A stretch of DNA of 64,000 bases, taken from positions 1 to 64,000 of the IMG/VR virus record IMGVR_UViG_3300016670_000048. One strand, given 5' to 3'. Source of the stretch: a virus. Lineage: Duplodnaviria > Caudoviricetes. The notes beneath the pieces are model-generated. The model made no database searches, was not told the origin of the DNA, and saw nothing but the letters and a program-made list of their open reading frames with translations. Shown here in pieces: positions 47,113 to 56,061 of the stretch (its first letter is position 1; each line of letters begins with the position of its first letter). Position numbers and translations under genes: made by a program.

Positions 47113-48187
47113 TTATTGTTTCACTGGGAATTGAACATTCACTTGATCAAAAGATTGAACAAACATATTTGCAACAGCTTCACCAATTGCTTGCGCTTGT
47201 GCATTAGCATCCATACCTTGCAGAGTAGACCCATCAACATTTACAACTATATCAATTTGATTGCTGTTGTTTGTCACAATACCCATAGCCTTATCATCGG
47301 CTGCGGCCTTAGCCATTTCAGCCTGTTGGTCATCATAGCCAGCAGCATCTTGGTAATATCGCGAGGTTGGATCTTCATAGACAGCCCTGCCACGTTCCTT
47401 AGCCTTAGCTAAATTGAAACCTGTGTTGTTTATAATATCCCCAACAACAGCAGCAGGTGATGGATACTTCCAACCAAACAAATTGGCTTCTTCAGTGGAG
47501 CTATTATTTGTCTCGGTGGTTGGTAGATTACCACTTTTCCATCTTTGGAATTCACCAATTGCATTAAGTATAGCGGCAAGTTCTTTAGTTGTGGCTTGGA
47601 GGGTTGGAAGAAATTCACCAAACAGATTAGTAGGGTTCAGTGCAGACATTTGCTCCCACAGAGTCTTAATGTCTTGCCAATCTTTTACTAACTGTGATGT
47701 TTTGCCTATTCCCAACCAATCTGCTACAAGGCTATCTTTTCCCTCAAGTGCTCTGATAAAAGACTGAGGGAAAAGAAGTAGATCGTCTGCCCATTTTGTA
47801 GCATCATTGAATCCCTCAGCGAGTGTACGAATGAGGCTTCCACTCTCACTCAAACCGGCATTCAAAGTCCTGAAGATTCTTGCAAAGCCTTCTTCTACGC
47901 CTGAGTTAGAGGCGAGAACAGCCATGTCATTTACAGAGTTTTGATAACGAGCTTGTTCAGCCTGAGAGGCTTGGCTTGCGGATGCCAAGGCACCCCCTGC
48001 ATTAGCCCTTTGAGATGCGGCAGCACCGGCATAGGTCAGAATGTCGCTAGTTACCTTACCCTTCTTCATATCAGCTAAAAGCTGTTGAATAGCATCTGCA
48101 CCAGTTTTATTACCGCCAATCTTAGCTTGATACGCCTGTGCAAACAGGGCTGTACCACCGGGCAATGCCTCCGCGATTTGTCCTGTA
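47113..48187 (-). CDS. tape measure protein, exon 2
   Basis: Resumes (T)-ACA-GGA-CAA-ATC = L/TGQIAEALPGG, continuing the tape-measure motif. Confidence 0.9.
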
Positions 48188-48922
48188 CTTTATATTCAAG
48201 CAGAGACGCTACTCTCTGCCCCGTTCACTTATGAACTGCTATAACTCTCGCTATAGAATAGACTATATCTTAGTGTTTTGTAGGTAATTTATAGCATTGT
48301 GTAAAATATCTTGGCAATCTTTCGCGTGACCAATAATAAGATTACAACTATTGCAAAGAAGACCCCTGACCTTGCCCGTTTCATGGCAATGATCAATATT
48401 TAATCCATAGTAGATATTTCTACCATTTCTACAAATAATTTCGTGTTTACCACAAATCTTACAGCAATCGTCTTGTAAGATTCTCATCTGATCATAATAA
48501 GGTTTATCTATACCGACAAACTTCAGTTTAATTTTTAAAGAAGCGCACTCAAAACAAACAGTGTTGTACTTTAAAAGATCAGTGTCTTGGTAATTTTCAC
48601 GGTCTTTTCTCTTGGCGAACTTAACAATTTCAAGTTCTCCTTTGCAATACGTACAAATTTTATACAATTAACACCCCTCCTGTTTCGGCTGTGCTTACAG
48701 CCTACTCTACTCCGTTCCACATCTCTGTGCCGTTTCGATAGTCGTTGAACGTTCCCTTTTGGGCTTCGCTGCTGATTTTCCAAAATAGTTGTTTTCAAAC
48801 ATTCACGCTTGAACCATATATTCTACTTAGGTTCTACGTTGTAGTCAACTATTAATAAGGACTTTCCAGCAATTAAGGAGGTAAATTTTTCTACGTATTT
48901 CTACGCAGCGAGCCTAATATTA
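48188..48922 (-). mobile_element. group I self-splicing intron (probably subgroup IA2), 735 nt
   Basis: P AAUUGCUGGAAA, Q AAUCAGCAG, R GUUCAACGACUA, S AAGAUAUAGUC; P1 with U.G at the 5' splice site; terminal G; splicing restores the frame. Confidence 0.93.
48263..48667 (-). CDS. intron-encoded endonuclease VII-like homing endonuclease (134 aa)
   Basis: CTYC...CFEC, QDDCCKICG...IDHCHETGKVRGLLCNSCN..IG; lies in the P8 loop. Confidence 0.88.
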   Translation of the reverse strand: MYKICTYCKGELEIVKFAKRKDRENYQDTDLLKYNTVCFECASLKIKLKFVGIDKPYYDQMRILQDDCCKICGKHEIICRNGRNIYYGLNIDHCHETGKVRGLLCNSCNLIIGHAKDCQDILHNAINYLQNTKI

Positions 48923-49725
48923 AGCTCTTCACTCATAAGCTTTCCTTTACCAGCAACTTGTGAAAGTGCTCGGAAAAGTCTGTTCTGAGTAGTTTTGTCT
49001 AGCTTATTCACCCGTGCCAATTCAGCAAAACCAGAGAATACTTTCTGACTTTCTTTCAGTCCAATACCTGAACCAGTAAGACCGGAGATTAGTTTGTTGT
49101 AATCTTGAGAAGCATCTAGGTAGTTAAAACCAATCCTCTGCCCTTCATTCTTAAGGTATTGGAAGGAGTCTTTACCTTGTTGCTCTGTACCACCAGCTTG
49201 TTGTACAACAGCAGTGGATTGCAATTCAGCAGATACCACTTGTTGGTTTTTACGATTCAATGCAGCCAAACCATAAGCACCAAATCCTAATGCTAAGCCA
49301 CCACCAAGCAAGCCTCCCATACCACCAAATACCGCACCGCCTCTTGCAGCCCTACTTCCGGGGACAGGTACAGGGACCGGTGGATGAGGACCCCCACCGG
49401 GAGGCAAAGGTGGGCCGGGTGGTGGAACTGGCAGCCTACGAGCAGCACGTAACAAAGCTGCTAACAAATTCCTATCATTAACAACAAACCTAGATATCTC
49501 AAAGGCAACTTTAGGGCTTGCTGCATCGAGTGCAGTTCCAAGAGTCTTTGTAAGCTTAGCTTGGTCCACTGTAAAACCAGTAATATTTAGGACAATAGGT
49601 TTACCAGCAATCTTACCAAACTTTAAGATTCTAGCTTCCAATCGACTTAATATAGTATCAACACGCTTGACACTTGTCTGGTCAATGTGCATACCGATGG
49701 AAGCGAAGTATTTCGCTATATTCAA
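48923..49725 (-). CDS. tape measure protein, exon 1 (spliced product 625 aa)
   Basis: LFRALSQVAGKGKLMSEEL tape-measure motif cut at the splice site; follows tail chaperones. Confidence 0.9.
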
Positions 49726-49739
49726 GGTTCAATACTCCG

Positions 49740-49997
49740 TTATTTCTTTGGTTTATTAGCTGCTGCTTTATCCCTAGCTTGCTTTTCTAGAGAGTCATGA
49801 ATATCCAACATTTCAATCATCTTCAAAAGCTGTCTAGTAGAGTATTTCCACTCCATCTCAGCAGCTAGCGTAAGACCCCCCTTCTCATGCATTGCTATCC
49901 TATAGATGCTCCAATGCTGGGAGAATGTTTTATCTATTTCTTTTTCTAACGGCGTTGGTGGGGCTTTTCCCGATGCAGTTGACTCACTTGGAGTCAA
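49740..49997 (-). CDS. tail assembly chaperone, second ORF (T-like)
   Basis: In -1 frame relative to the upstream chaperone and overlapping it; precedes tape measure. Confidence 0.7.
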   Translation of the reverse strand: MTPSESTASGKAPPTPLEKEIDKTFSQHWSIYRIAMHEKGGLTLAAEMEWKYSTRQLLKMIEMLDIHDSLEKQARDKAAANKPKK

Positions 49998-50317
49998 GCT
50001 TCTTCTGAATCGGGTGCCTGAAAAAGTTCTTCGAAGTTGAAATTCAGAACCTCTTTATATAGCTTATTGAGGTGTGCATAACGACGTGCAAAGATCATAT
50101 CAAAAGATTTTTCAGTGATTTGCATATTATCTTTGGATACATAGTTACAGATGATTTGTTTCATCTGACTAAGATCAGCTTTACCCTCATCAATAGCCGC
50201 TTGATGCTTTTCAATAAACATCAAACCTTTAGTGGCGGGCATAGCACTAACCAGATAATCTACATCATCAACTGTGAGAGTTGTTTGTTCCAATACTTGA
50301 AATTGTGGAGCTGCCAT
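49994..50317 (-). CDS. tail assembly chaperone (G-like)
   Basis: Position after tube genes; acidic 107 aa. Confidence 0.75.
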   Translation of the reverse strand: MAAPQFQVLEQTTLTVDDVDYLVSAMPATKGLMFIEKHQAAIDEGKADLSQMKQIICNYVSKDNMQITEKSFDMIFARRYAHLNKLYKEVLNFNFEELFQAPDSEEA

Positions 50318-50340
50318 TTATTTTATCTCAGAATTAAAAT

Positions 50341-50838
50341 TTAAAACAAGCCCTCAACGAAGTTTGTAGCTTCTTTTAAGGCGCCATCAAACAATGAAGT
50401 GCTAGGTCTGGAGTTACCGTAAACCTTGAAAGTATCAGTTGTTTGACAAAAGATTTCCCAGTTTCTATACTCAAACTGACCAGAGAAGGTAACTGAAGGA
50501 TAACCAGTAATAAAAGCTTCGTTGGAGTTGAATACAGAGCGTCCTGAGTTATCTTTGAGTGTTAGAGCAATCCTTGCAGTTCCTTCTTCTAGATCAAGCT
50601 CATGAATGTATGATAATACATCATTACTCTGCGATGACTGAAGAATGGGGAAAGTAAGTGTTGCAGAAGTGTCACGATTTACTACACGTGTATTTTTACC
50701 ACGGATACCCCGGATGGGAGTAAAACCTTTTGAAGATCTTGTAATACTAATTGACTGCCAACCAGTAACTTGATATCCACCTATGATTAAAACTACATCT
50801 TTTGGGCTGTATGTTTTCACATCAAAAGTATTAGCCAT
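50341..50838 (-). CDS. tail-tube-fold structural protein (paralog 3)
   Basis: TYSPKDVVLIIGG...LKDNSGRSVF...AFI motif shared with the tube gene. Confidence 0.78.
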   Translation of the reverse strand: MANTFDVKTYSPKDVVLIIGGYQVTGWQSISITRSSKGFTPIRGIRGKNTRVVNRDTSATLTFPILQSSQSNDVLSYIHELDLEEGTARIALTLKDNSGRSVFNSNEAFITGYPSVTFSGQFEYRNWEIFCQTTDTFKVYGNSRPSTSLFDGALKEATNFVEGLF

Positions 50839-51341
50839 TAGATAATACCTTCAATGGTTGGTATGGCTGAAACTGCAAGGTTAACAAGGCTTTCAAGGAT
50901 AGATGAGGCATCCCCATTACCACCAATGTTGATGACTGCTTGAGATGATCTTAGTACCCAAGTTCGACTATCAAAGTTATTGCTTTTAACAATAGACGCT
51001 GGAGATTCAATCCACGTAGTGGTTGAGAAGAACATGTCACTACCGCTTGAATCACGCACCATCAGTGGAAATTTACCACGCTGGGTTATTTCATCTAACT
51101 GCCAGAACTTTGTTAACACATCATTTGAATCACTGCCGCTATAAAGAGTCAACGTAATTGTGTAAGTTTGGTCATTGTTATAAAGACGTGCTACAGTTCC
51201 ATCTGGAGTTCTGGTTGAGCTGAATGGCACTATATCCTTTCTTACTTCTAGGAAAGTTCCATCTACAAAACCAGATATTGGAAGTATCCCACCAATAAGA
51301 ACTGTAACTTGTTCTGGAATATAAGTAGCTAATTGAGTCAT
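50838..51341 (-). CDS. tail-tube-fold structural protein (paralog 2)
   Basis: TYIPEQVTVLIGG...GFVDGTF...VRDSSG. Confidence 0.78.
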   Translation of the reverse strand: MTQLATYIPEQVTVLIGGILPISGFVDGTFLEVRKDIVPFSSTRTPDGTVARLYNNDQTYTITLTLYSGSDSNDVLTKFWQLDEITQRGKFPLMVRDSSGSDMFFSTTTWIESPASIVKSNNFDSRTWVLRSSQAVINIGGNGDASSILESLVNLAVSAIPTIEGII

Positions 51342-51361
51342 TAAATATTCCTTGGTGGAAA

Positions 51362-51382
51362 GAGGGTAAAGTCACTACCCTC
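51362..51382 (-). terminator. hairpin after tube gene
   Basis: GAGGGTA/TACCCTC stem plus TTT. Confidence 0.6.
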
Positions 51383-51392
51383 GTATTATTGC

Positions 51393-51914
51393 TTACAACT
51401 GCCAACGAGTAGGAACTTCAGCACCAAGGGCTTCCATAGCTGCCACTTCTGCGGAGTCGAACCGGGTATTACTGCCTACATTATAACTCAGACTTACAGC
51501 TTGCAGTACCCAATCACGGGTCTCAGTGGTACTGGACAAAGTAGTGTCAGGAACTGTTGCTACAAAAGCTTGATTGCTGGAGAACAAAGTTGTACCACTG
51601 TTATCTTTTGCGGTAAGTGCAACCACCCAATTATCAGAATCGTCTTCTTCATCGGCGCGTTGCAAAGCTTGCAACACAGCATTAGATGGACTAAATTGAT
51701 GGAGTGTTAGTGTAATAGTCGCAGCTTTATTACGCCGCTTCACACGGCCTGCTGACAAGTCACTTCCTACGTAAAGCTCTGAAGCGGGTGTAATGCGACT
51801 AACATTTAAAAAGGTGCCATCTGCATACCCTTGAATAGTATGAACAAACTCACCTTTACTCAGAACAATTACAACAGACTCTGGGCTATAGTTACCTAAG
51901 AGAGCATCTGCCAT
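51393..51914 (-). CDS. major tail tube protein (DUF3277-like)
   Basis: NYSPESV...GYADGTF...AKDNSG; first structural gene after sheath. Confidence 0.82.
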   Translation of the reverse strand: MADALLGNYSPESVVIVLSKGEFVHTIQGYADGTFLNVSRITPASELYVGSDLSAGRVKRRNKAATITLTLHQFSPSNAVLQALQRADEEDDSDNWVVALTAKDNSGTTLFSSNQAFVATVPDTTLSSTTETRDWVLQAVSLSYNVGSNTRFDSAEVAAMEALGAEVPTRWQL

Positions 51915-52727
51915 TTAAACCTCTATATTTTCATTAATTTTATAAGAAAATCTAGGGTCTTTATTTTTAAGTCCTCTAGATATTGTGCATGCCGAATAAT
52001 TTGAAAACTTTCCGGCCAGTTTGATCGAATCATAAAGTACATCATCTACATATACAGCTTTTGAATTTGGGCAAAGCTTACCGGTTTTCCCAGTTGTTGG
52101 GTGGTCTAAACCACAAGTTTCAGAGTTACCTTGTTGTTCAATAAAGCCGTCGTATATTCTTTTTCTTAGTGTGGGTATAGTCTTACTTAATATATAAGAG
52201 GCAGTTTCAAAGTTATTAAACCAAAACCCTGCGACATAGACTGGAGCATTAGCCGGATTCTTAACTCTGTTCTTACTAATGAACTCACCAGCACGACCTT
52301 CCCTAAGCATTCTATAGAGCATGCCTTTGGATATTGAAATGTGCTTTAGACAAGTTCTGGCGTTCGGAAACCAGAATCCCATAACAAACAAGGGAGTATC
52401 ATCACTCCTATTTGAAATTTTATGTCCTGATCCACCTTCTCCACCAGCTCTAATATTATAGCCATTGTTTATAGAATCGTAAGCAACAATGGCCTTCTTT
52501 TCCAAGTCGATAATATATTCACGAGAACCTTCACAAAGAATTATAAACTCAAAATTTTCAGGCCCGTATTTATCAATAGCCAACTTAATAATAGAAATAG
52601 TCTTTTTAGATCTATGATTGAAATGTTGATATTTTCGTCTTTCAACGTCACCAGACATCCCAATATAAACTTTATCATTGACACTATTTACAATTTTATA
52701 AAGATAGTAAGATTTAAAAGAATTCAT
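51915..52727 (-). CDS. putative GIY-YIG homing endonuclease
   Basis: YLYKIVN..NDKVYIG...R..QH...YNIRAGGEG; duplicated PxFVxGFWF module. Confidence 0.88.
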   Translation of the reverse strand: MNSFKSYYLYKIVNSVNDKVYIGMSGDVERRKYQHFNHRSKKTISIIKLAIDKYGPENFEFIILCEGSREYIIDLEKKAIVAYDSINNGYNIRAGGEGGSGHKISNRSDDTPLFVMGFWFPNARTCLKHISISKGMLYRMLREGRAGEFISKNRVKNPANAPVYVAGFWFNNFETASYILSKTIPTLRKRIYDGFIEQQGNSETCGLDHPTTGKTGKLCPNSKAVYVDDVLYDSIKLAGKFSNYSACTISRGLKNKDPRFSYKINENIEV

Positions 52728-52787
52728 GCAGCCTCCTAGATAATTTGACTAACTAGTCTATCATATAAAAGGCTGCATATCAACAGA

Positions 52788-54071
52788 TCACACAGCAAGA
52801 TACCCGTTGATGATAACCTTACGGATACTGCCAGCCAATCGTACACGGAACTGGAATACGCCAGCAGTACGAAGGGCACGAAGGTTAGCCGGAATTTCCA
52901 GTACATCGGGAACGGTCACGCTCCAACCACGATCAATTGCACCATTAGCTTCAGCTTGAGATAGTACAGAACGAATTTCGTTTTCAATGATAACCAAACC
53001 AGCGTTAGTCATCGGAACCTTCAAGGTATTAACTAGGCGGAAGTAAATTTGTTCCTGAAGTCGGGCATAAAGCCAGTCCTCGATGATCACTTGGTCAATC
53101 GGAGTACCATCAAACATGTTACCGTCTTGAAAGACGTTTACACCACCAACAGTGGTGTACATGTTCATATTTTTAGCACGAAGATTTACACGAGCAGTGT
53201 CATTCAGCTTGCTTACAGTTGCACCAACACCACGCTTGAAGTCCCAATCATTAGAACCCGGAGTGTAAGCCAATTGACTACCCATCCAAACCGCTTCTGG
53301 ATATTCAGCATCAGCAGTGGGTAAGTAAACACCGTAAGTACGGCCAGCACTAATGGAATCAAGAATGTAGGCAATGTCAGTAGTACCATTGGTGGGAACT
53401 ACAGTATCTTGACTAGAAGTACCAAAGATCTTACGACGTGCTTGAATAGCCGCACTAAGGGCTTGTACATCAGCAGGGGTGTGTGTTTCGGTTACCAGAG
53501 CATACCAGACGTCATTATCATCACTTACCGCTGTCAATGAATCTGCCCAAGTTTCAACAGGTGCTGCGTTCACACCTACAAGATTGGCAGAAGCTCTCAC
53601 ACTCCAAGGGGTCCCTACAACAGTTGGGGCAACAATAAGAGTGGATGTACCACTGACGGTGATGCCCGTAGGAGTACCAATCGCTGCTTTCAGGCCGGTT
53701 ACAATAGTAGTGGCAGTTGCACCGACACCGGACGTAAAGGAATAAAGAACTCCGTTAACAGTAGCCGTGTACACCGTGCTATCAGCAACTGTTGGTGTAA
53801 AAGTTACGCTGTTAACTTGACGACGACCAACCACGATACTTGGAGGAACGGCACCAACAGTTGACTGACCGAACAGTTTTTGGGCAATGACATACACTTT
53901 ATCAGTAGAACTGAAGTCGTCAGTAACAGCATCAAAGTCTGTATAAGTGCGTGTACGTTCAGAGAAGTTTGTAAAGGCTGCAAGAATCAGAGGAATCTGA
54001 AAACTGGCAGTTGCCACTGGAGTAGACTCACGGGTCAGCGTGATTTGGATAATCTGGTCAAGCTCGCTCAT
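52788..54071 (-). CDS. tail sheath protein (DUF3383-like)
   Basis: Length and position; WLYARLQEQI...KVP.T..G...I motif. Confidence 0.9.
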   Translation of the reverse strand: MSELDQIIQITLTRESTPVATASFQIPLILAAFTNFSERTRTYTDFDAVTDDFSSTDKVYVIAQKLFGQSTVGAVPPSIVVGRRQVNSVTFTPTVADSTVYTATVNGVLYSFTSGVGATATTIVTGLKAAIGTPTGITVSGTSTLIVAPTVVGTPWSVRASANLVGVNAAPVETWADSLTAVSDDNDVWYALVTETHTPADVQALSAAIQARRKIFGTSSQDTVVPTNGTTDIAYILDSISAGRTYGVYLPTADAEYPEAVWMGSQLAYTPGSNDWDFKRGVGATVSKLNDTARVNLRAKNMNMYTTVGGVNVFQDGNMFDGTPIDQVIIEDWLYARLQEQIYFRLVNTLKVPMTNAGLVIIENEIRSVLSQAEANGAIDRGWSVTVPDVLEIPANLRALRTAGVFQFRVRLAGSIRKVIINGYLAV

Positions 54072-54155
54072 GCGGCTACCTCACTTGGTTGAAAAGACAT
54101 TCGTTAATCCTTATTAGACTTTATTTATATTGCGGCATACGAATGCCTTCTGTTA

Positions 54156-54695
54156 CTAGTATGGAGGGATTGGACCTTCAGGAACTCTAAAAATACTTGG
54201 CTCTGTTTGATTTTCAACAATCACAGCTTCAATTAAATCTATAACTTGAGTGGTACAAATAGTGTAAGAAAAAGTCACATCTATATTGTGATATTCAACC
54301 CACTTTGTATCTCGCTTCTGTGGAGACCTTCTAATTTGACTCTTTCGCATTACACCGAGTTTATTTCTACCCAGCTCTTCAAAGACTTGACAGTTGTTAT
54401 TGATTCTTTGTGTAAAGCTTTGGGACATATCACCAGACAAACTACCAATAAAACTGAACTGTACCATTACTTCATAACTGGCCTGAATAGTCTGGGTTTC
54501 AGTAGTTTCATTTAATCTCGTAGAAGTACTATGATGCCCCTGTTGTACAATATTTAGAATATTAACAACAACATAACTGGCAGAAGGCTCTGGTCCATTC
54601 TCATGACTAAAAATGACGATAGGATTTGTAAATTCTGAAAGAGCTGCGAGAGCACTTTTACGAATAGCAGCCTTTACATCACTATAAACTGCCAT
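54156..54695 (-). CDS. tail terminator / neck protein
   Basis: Position immediately before sheath. Confidence 0.75.
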   Translation of the reverse strand: MAVYSDVKAAIRKSALAALSEFTNPIVIFSHENGPEPSASYVVVNILNIVQQGHHSTSTRLNETTETQTIQASYEVMVQFSFIGSLSGDMSQSFTQRINNNCQVFEELGRNKLGVMRKSQIRRSPQKRDTKWVEYHNIDVTFSYTICTTQVIDLIEAVIVENQTEPSIFRVPEGPIPPY

Positions 54696-55198
54696 CAGTT
54701 AGCTCCCTTCTTTTCTACTTTAGCTGTTACATTGGCAATCAACTCACTAGTCTCTACCAAAGGATTGTTGAAGCCTTTAAGCTCCTCGGTCTTTGGTGAG
54801 TTCATTGGTGTGTCCCAGTCAAGCATTACTTTACGGAGAGTGCGTTCAAAGTTATTAGTTGTTTTTTGCATAGCTATTAACACTGACTTACCTGTCAGTA
54901 CAGCTTGAACCATATCCTTGAAGTCATCCTTGTTTGCACCAGCTTTGAATGCAACTGGGAGCCCTACACGCATGAAAGGTCTTGGTGGTGTTATAGAACC
55001 GGGGAATGCAGATCCCGCACCATTGACATGACCTTCTTCGTTCAAGAATGCAACCTGAGCATAAGGTAAGTTGTCATTATCTGGTCCATAATTCTGTCCC
55101 TCATGCCAGCCTACGTTAACTTCATATTGATCAGCTTGCAGCAAACTCTTCTTGATCTTTTCCCAACCCGACTTATCTACCTTCAACTTAAAAGACAT
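54695..55198 (-). CDS. neck / tail-completion protein (paralog B)
   Basis: PPRPFMR...NSP.T..LKGFNNPLVETSEL. Confidence 0.8.
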   Translation of the reverse strand: MSFKLKVDKSGWEKIKKSLLQADQYEVNVGWHEGQNYGPDNDNLPYAQVAFLNEEGHVNGAGSAFPGSITPPRPFMRVGLPVAFKAGANKDDFKDMVQAVLTGKSVLIAMQKTTNNFERTLRKVMLDWDTPMNSPKTEELKGFNNPLVETSELIANVTAKVEKKGAN

Positions 55199-55210
55199 TG
55201 TTCATATCCT

Positions 55211-55579
55211 TTAATTTGGAGTTAATTCTACGCGGGTACATTTCGCCTCGCGATGATCTACAACACCCATCTTATAGTTTCTTACAGCCATGACTTCGTA
55301 CAGATCACCATCCCACATGAATCTGTCAGCGCCATAGCCATTGACCCCTTCCTTCTTTTGTCGTACTAAATCAGACGTGAATAACCACACCCAACTTTTA
55401 GTTCTGTCAGATTCAGGAAGTATCATCACTTGATAGTCTGAAAAGGGGTGGACGTTAGCTTGGATAGTTACTGTTGTTTCAACACCCTCAACCCATTCAC
55501 CGTCAACATAATCACCCTCAGCATGTCTCAGAATATCCACAGGAGTCTTCTTAACTAACGAGAATTGTGCAATAGACAT
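55211..55579 (-). CDS. head-closure (stopper) protein
   Basis: GDYVDGEWVEG...ADRFMWDGDLYEV. Confidence 0.78.
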   Translation of the reverse strand: MSIAQFSLVKKTPVDILRHAEGDYVDGEWVEGVETTVTIQANVHPFSDYQVMILPESDRTKSWVWLFTSDLVRQKKEGVNGYGADRFMWDGDLYEVMAVRNYKMGVVDHREAKCTRVELTPN

Positions 55580-56061
55580 TAATCACTTCCTCTATTAGCT
55601 ACTTTAAAATCAACGGAATTGTAAAGAGTATCAGAATCCCTAAGAGGGTCGTTGAAACCTTTTTCAGAGACAGTGAGCGGTGAGTTTGGCGGTGTATCCC
55701 AGTCTGCAACAGCTTTCTTCAGGTCAGCCTTGGCTTGTACACCAATCTTCGTATATTCTTGTTTGAAGGTACTACTTCCCGATGCAATCCTTTGCATACT
55801 TTCCACAAAGAGTTTGTCATATGATCCCTTTTTAATAGGGGCCATAAAACCAACACGAATTGCTGGACGCGTTGGGATGTTCTGAGCAGGAAGGCCTTCC
55901 TCTTGCCATTGCCAAACTTGAGCTACGGATAGGTTGTCATTGTCAGAACCATAATATGTTGGCTCAACAATACCCACTTGAACTTCTAGATTAGATCCTT
56001 TTAGGATTTCTTTTTTGAGCTTGCTCCAACCGGATTTGTCAACCTTCAATTTGAAACCCAT
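55579..56061 (-). CDS. neck / tail-completion protein (paralog A; start revised to 56061)
   Basis: TAATG coupling; IPTRP...NSP.T..KGFNDPLRDS. Confidence 0.8.
   Translation of the reverse strand: MGFKLKVDKSGWSKLKKEILKGSNLEVQVGIVEPTYYGSDNDNLSVAQVWQWQEEGLPAQNIPTRPAIRVGFMAPIKKGSYDKLFVESMQRIASGSSTFKQEYTKIGVQAKADLKKAVADWDTPPNSPLTVSEKGFNDPLRDSDTLYNSVDFKVANRGSD

Noticed and set aside
48185-48922. P10 pairing between intron guide sequence and 3' exon
   Set aside because: Only about 2 bp could be formed by eye, so it is not claimed as support.
47113-49725. Split tape measure read as a pseudogene, assembly error or two genes
   Set aside because: The gap holds a complete group I core, and precise removal restores frame and motif.
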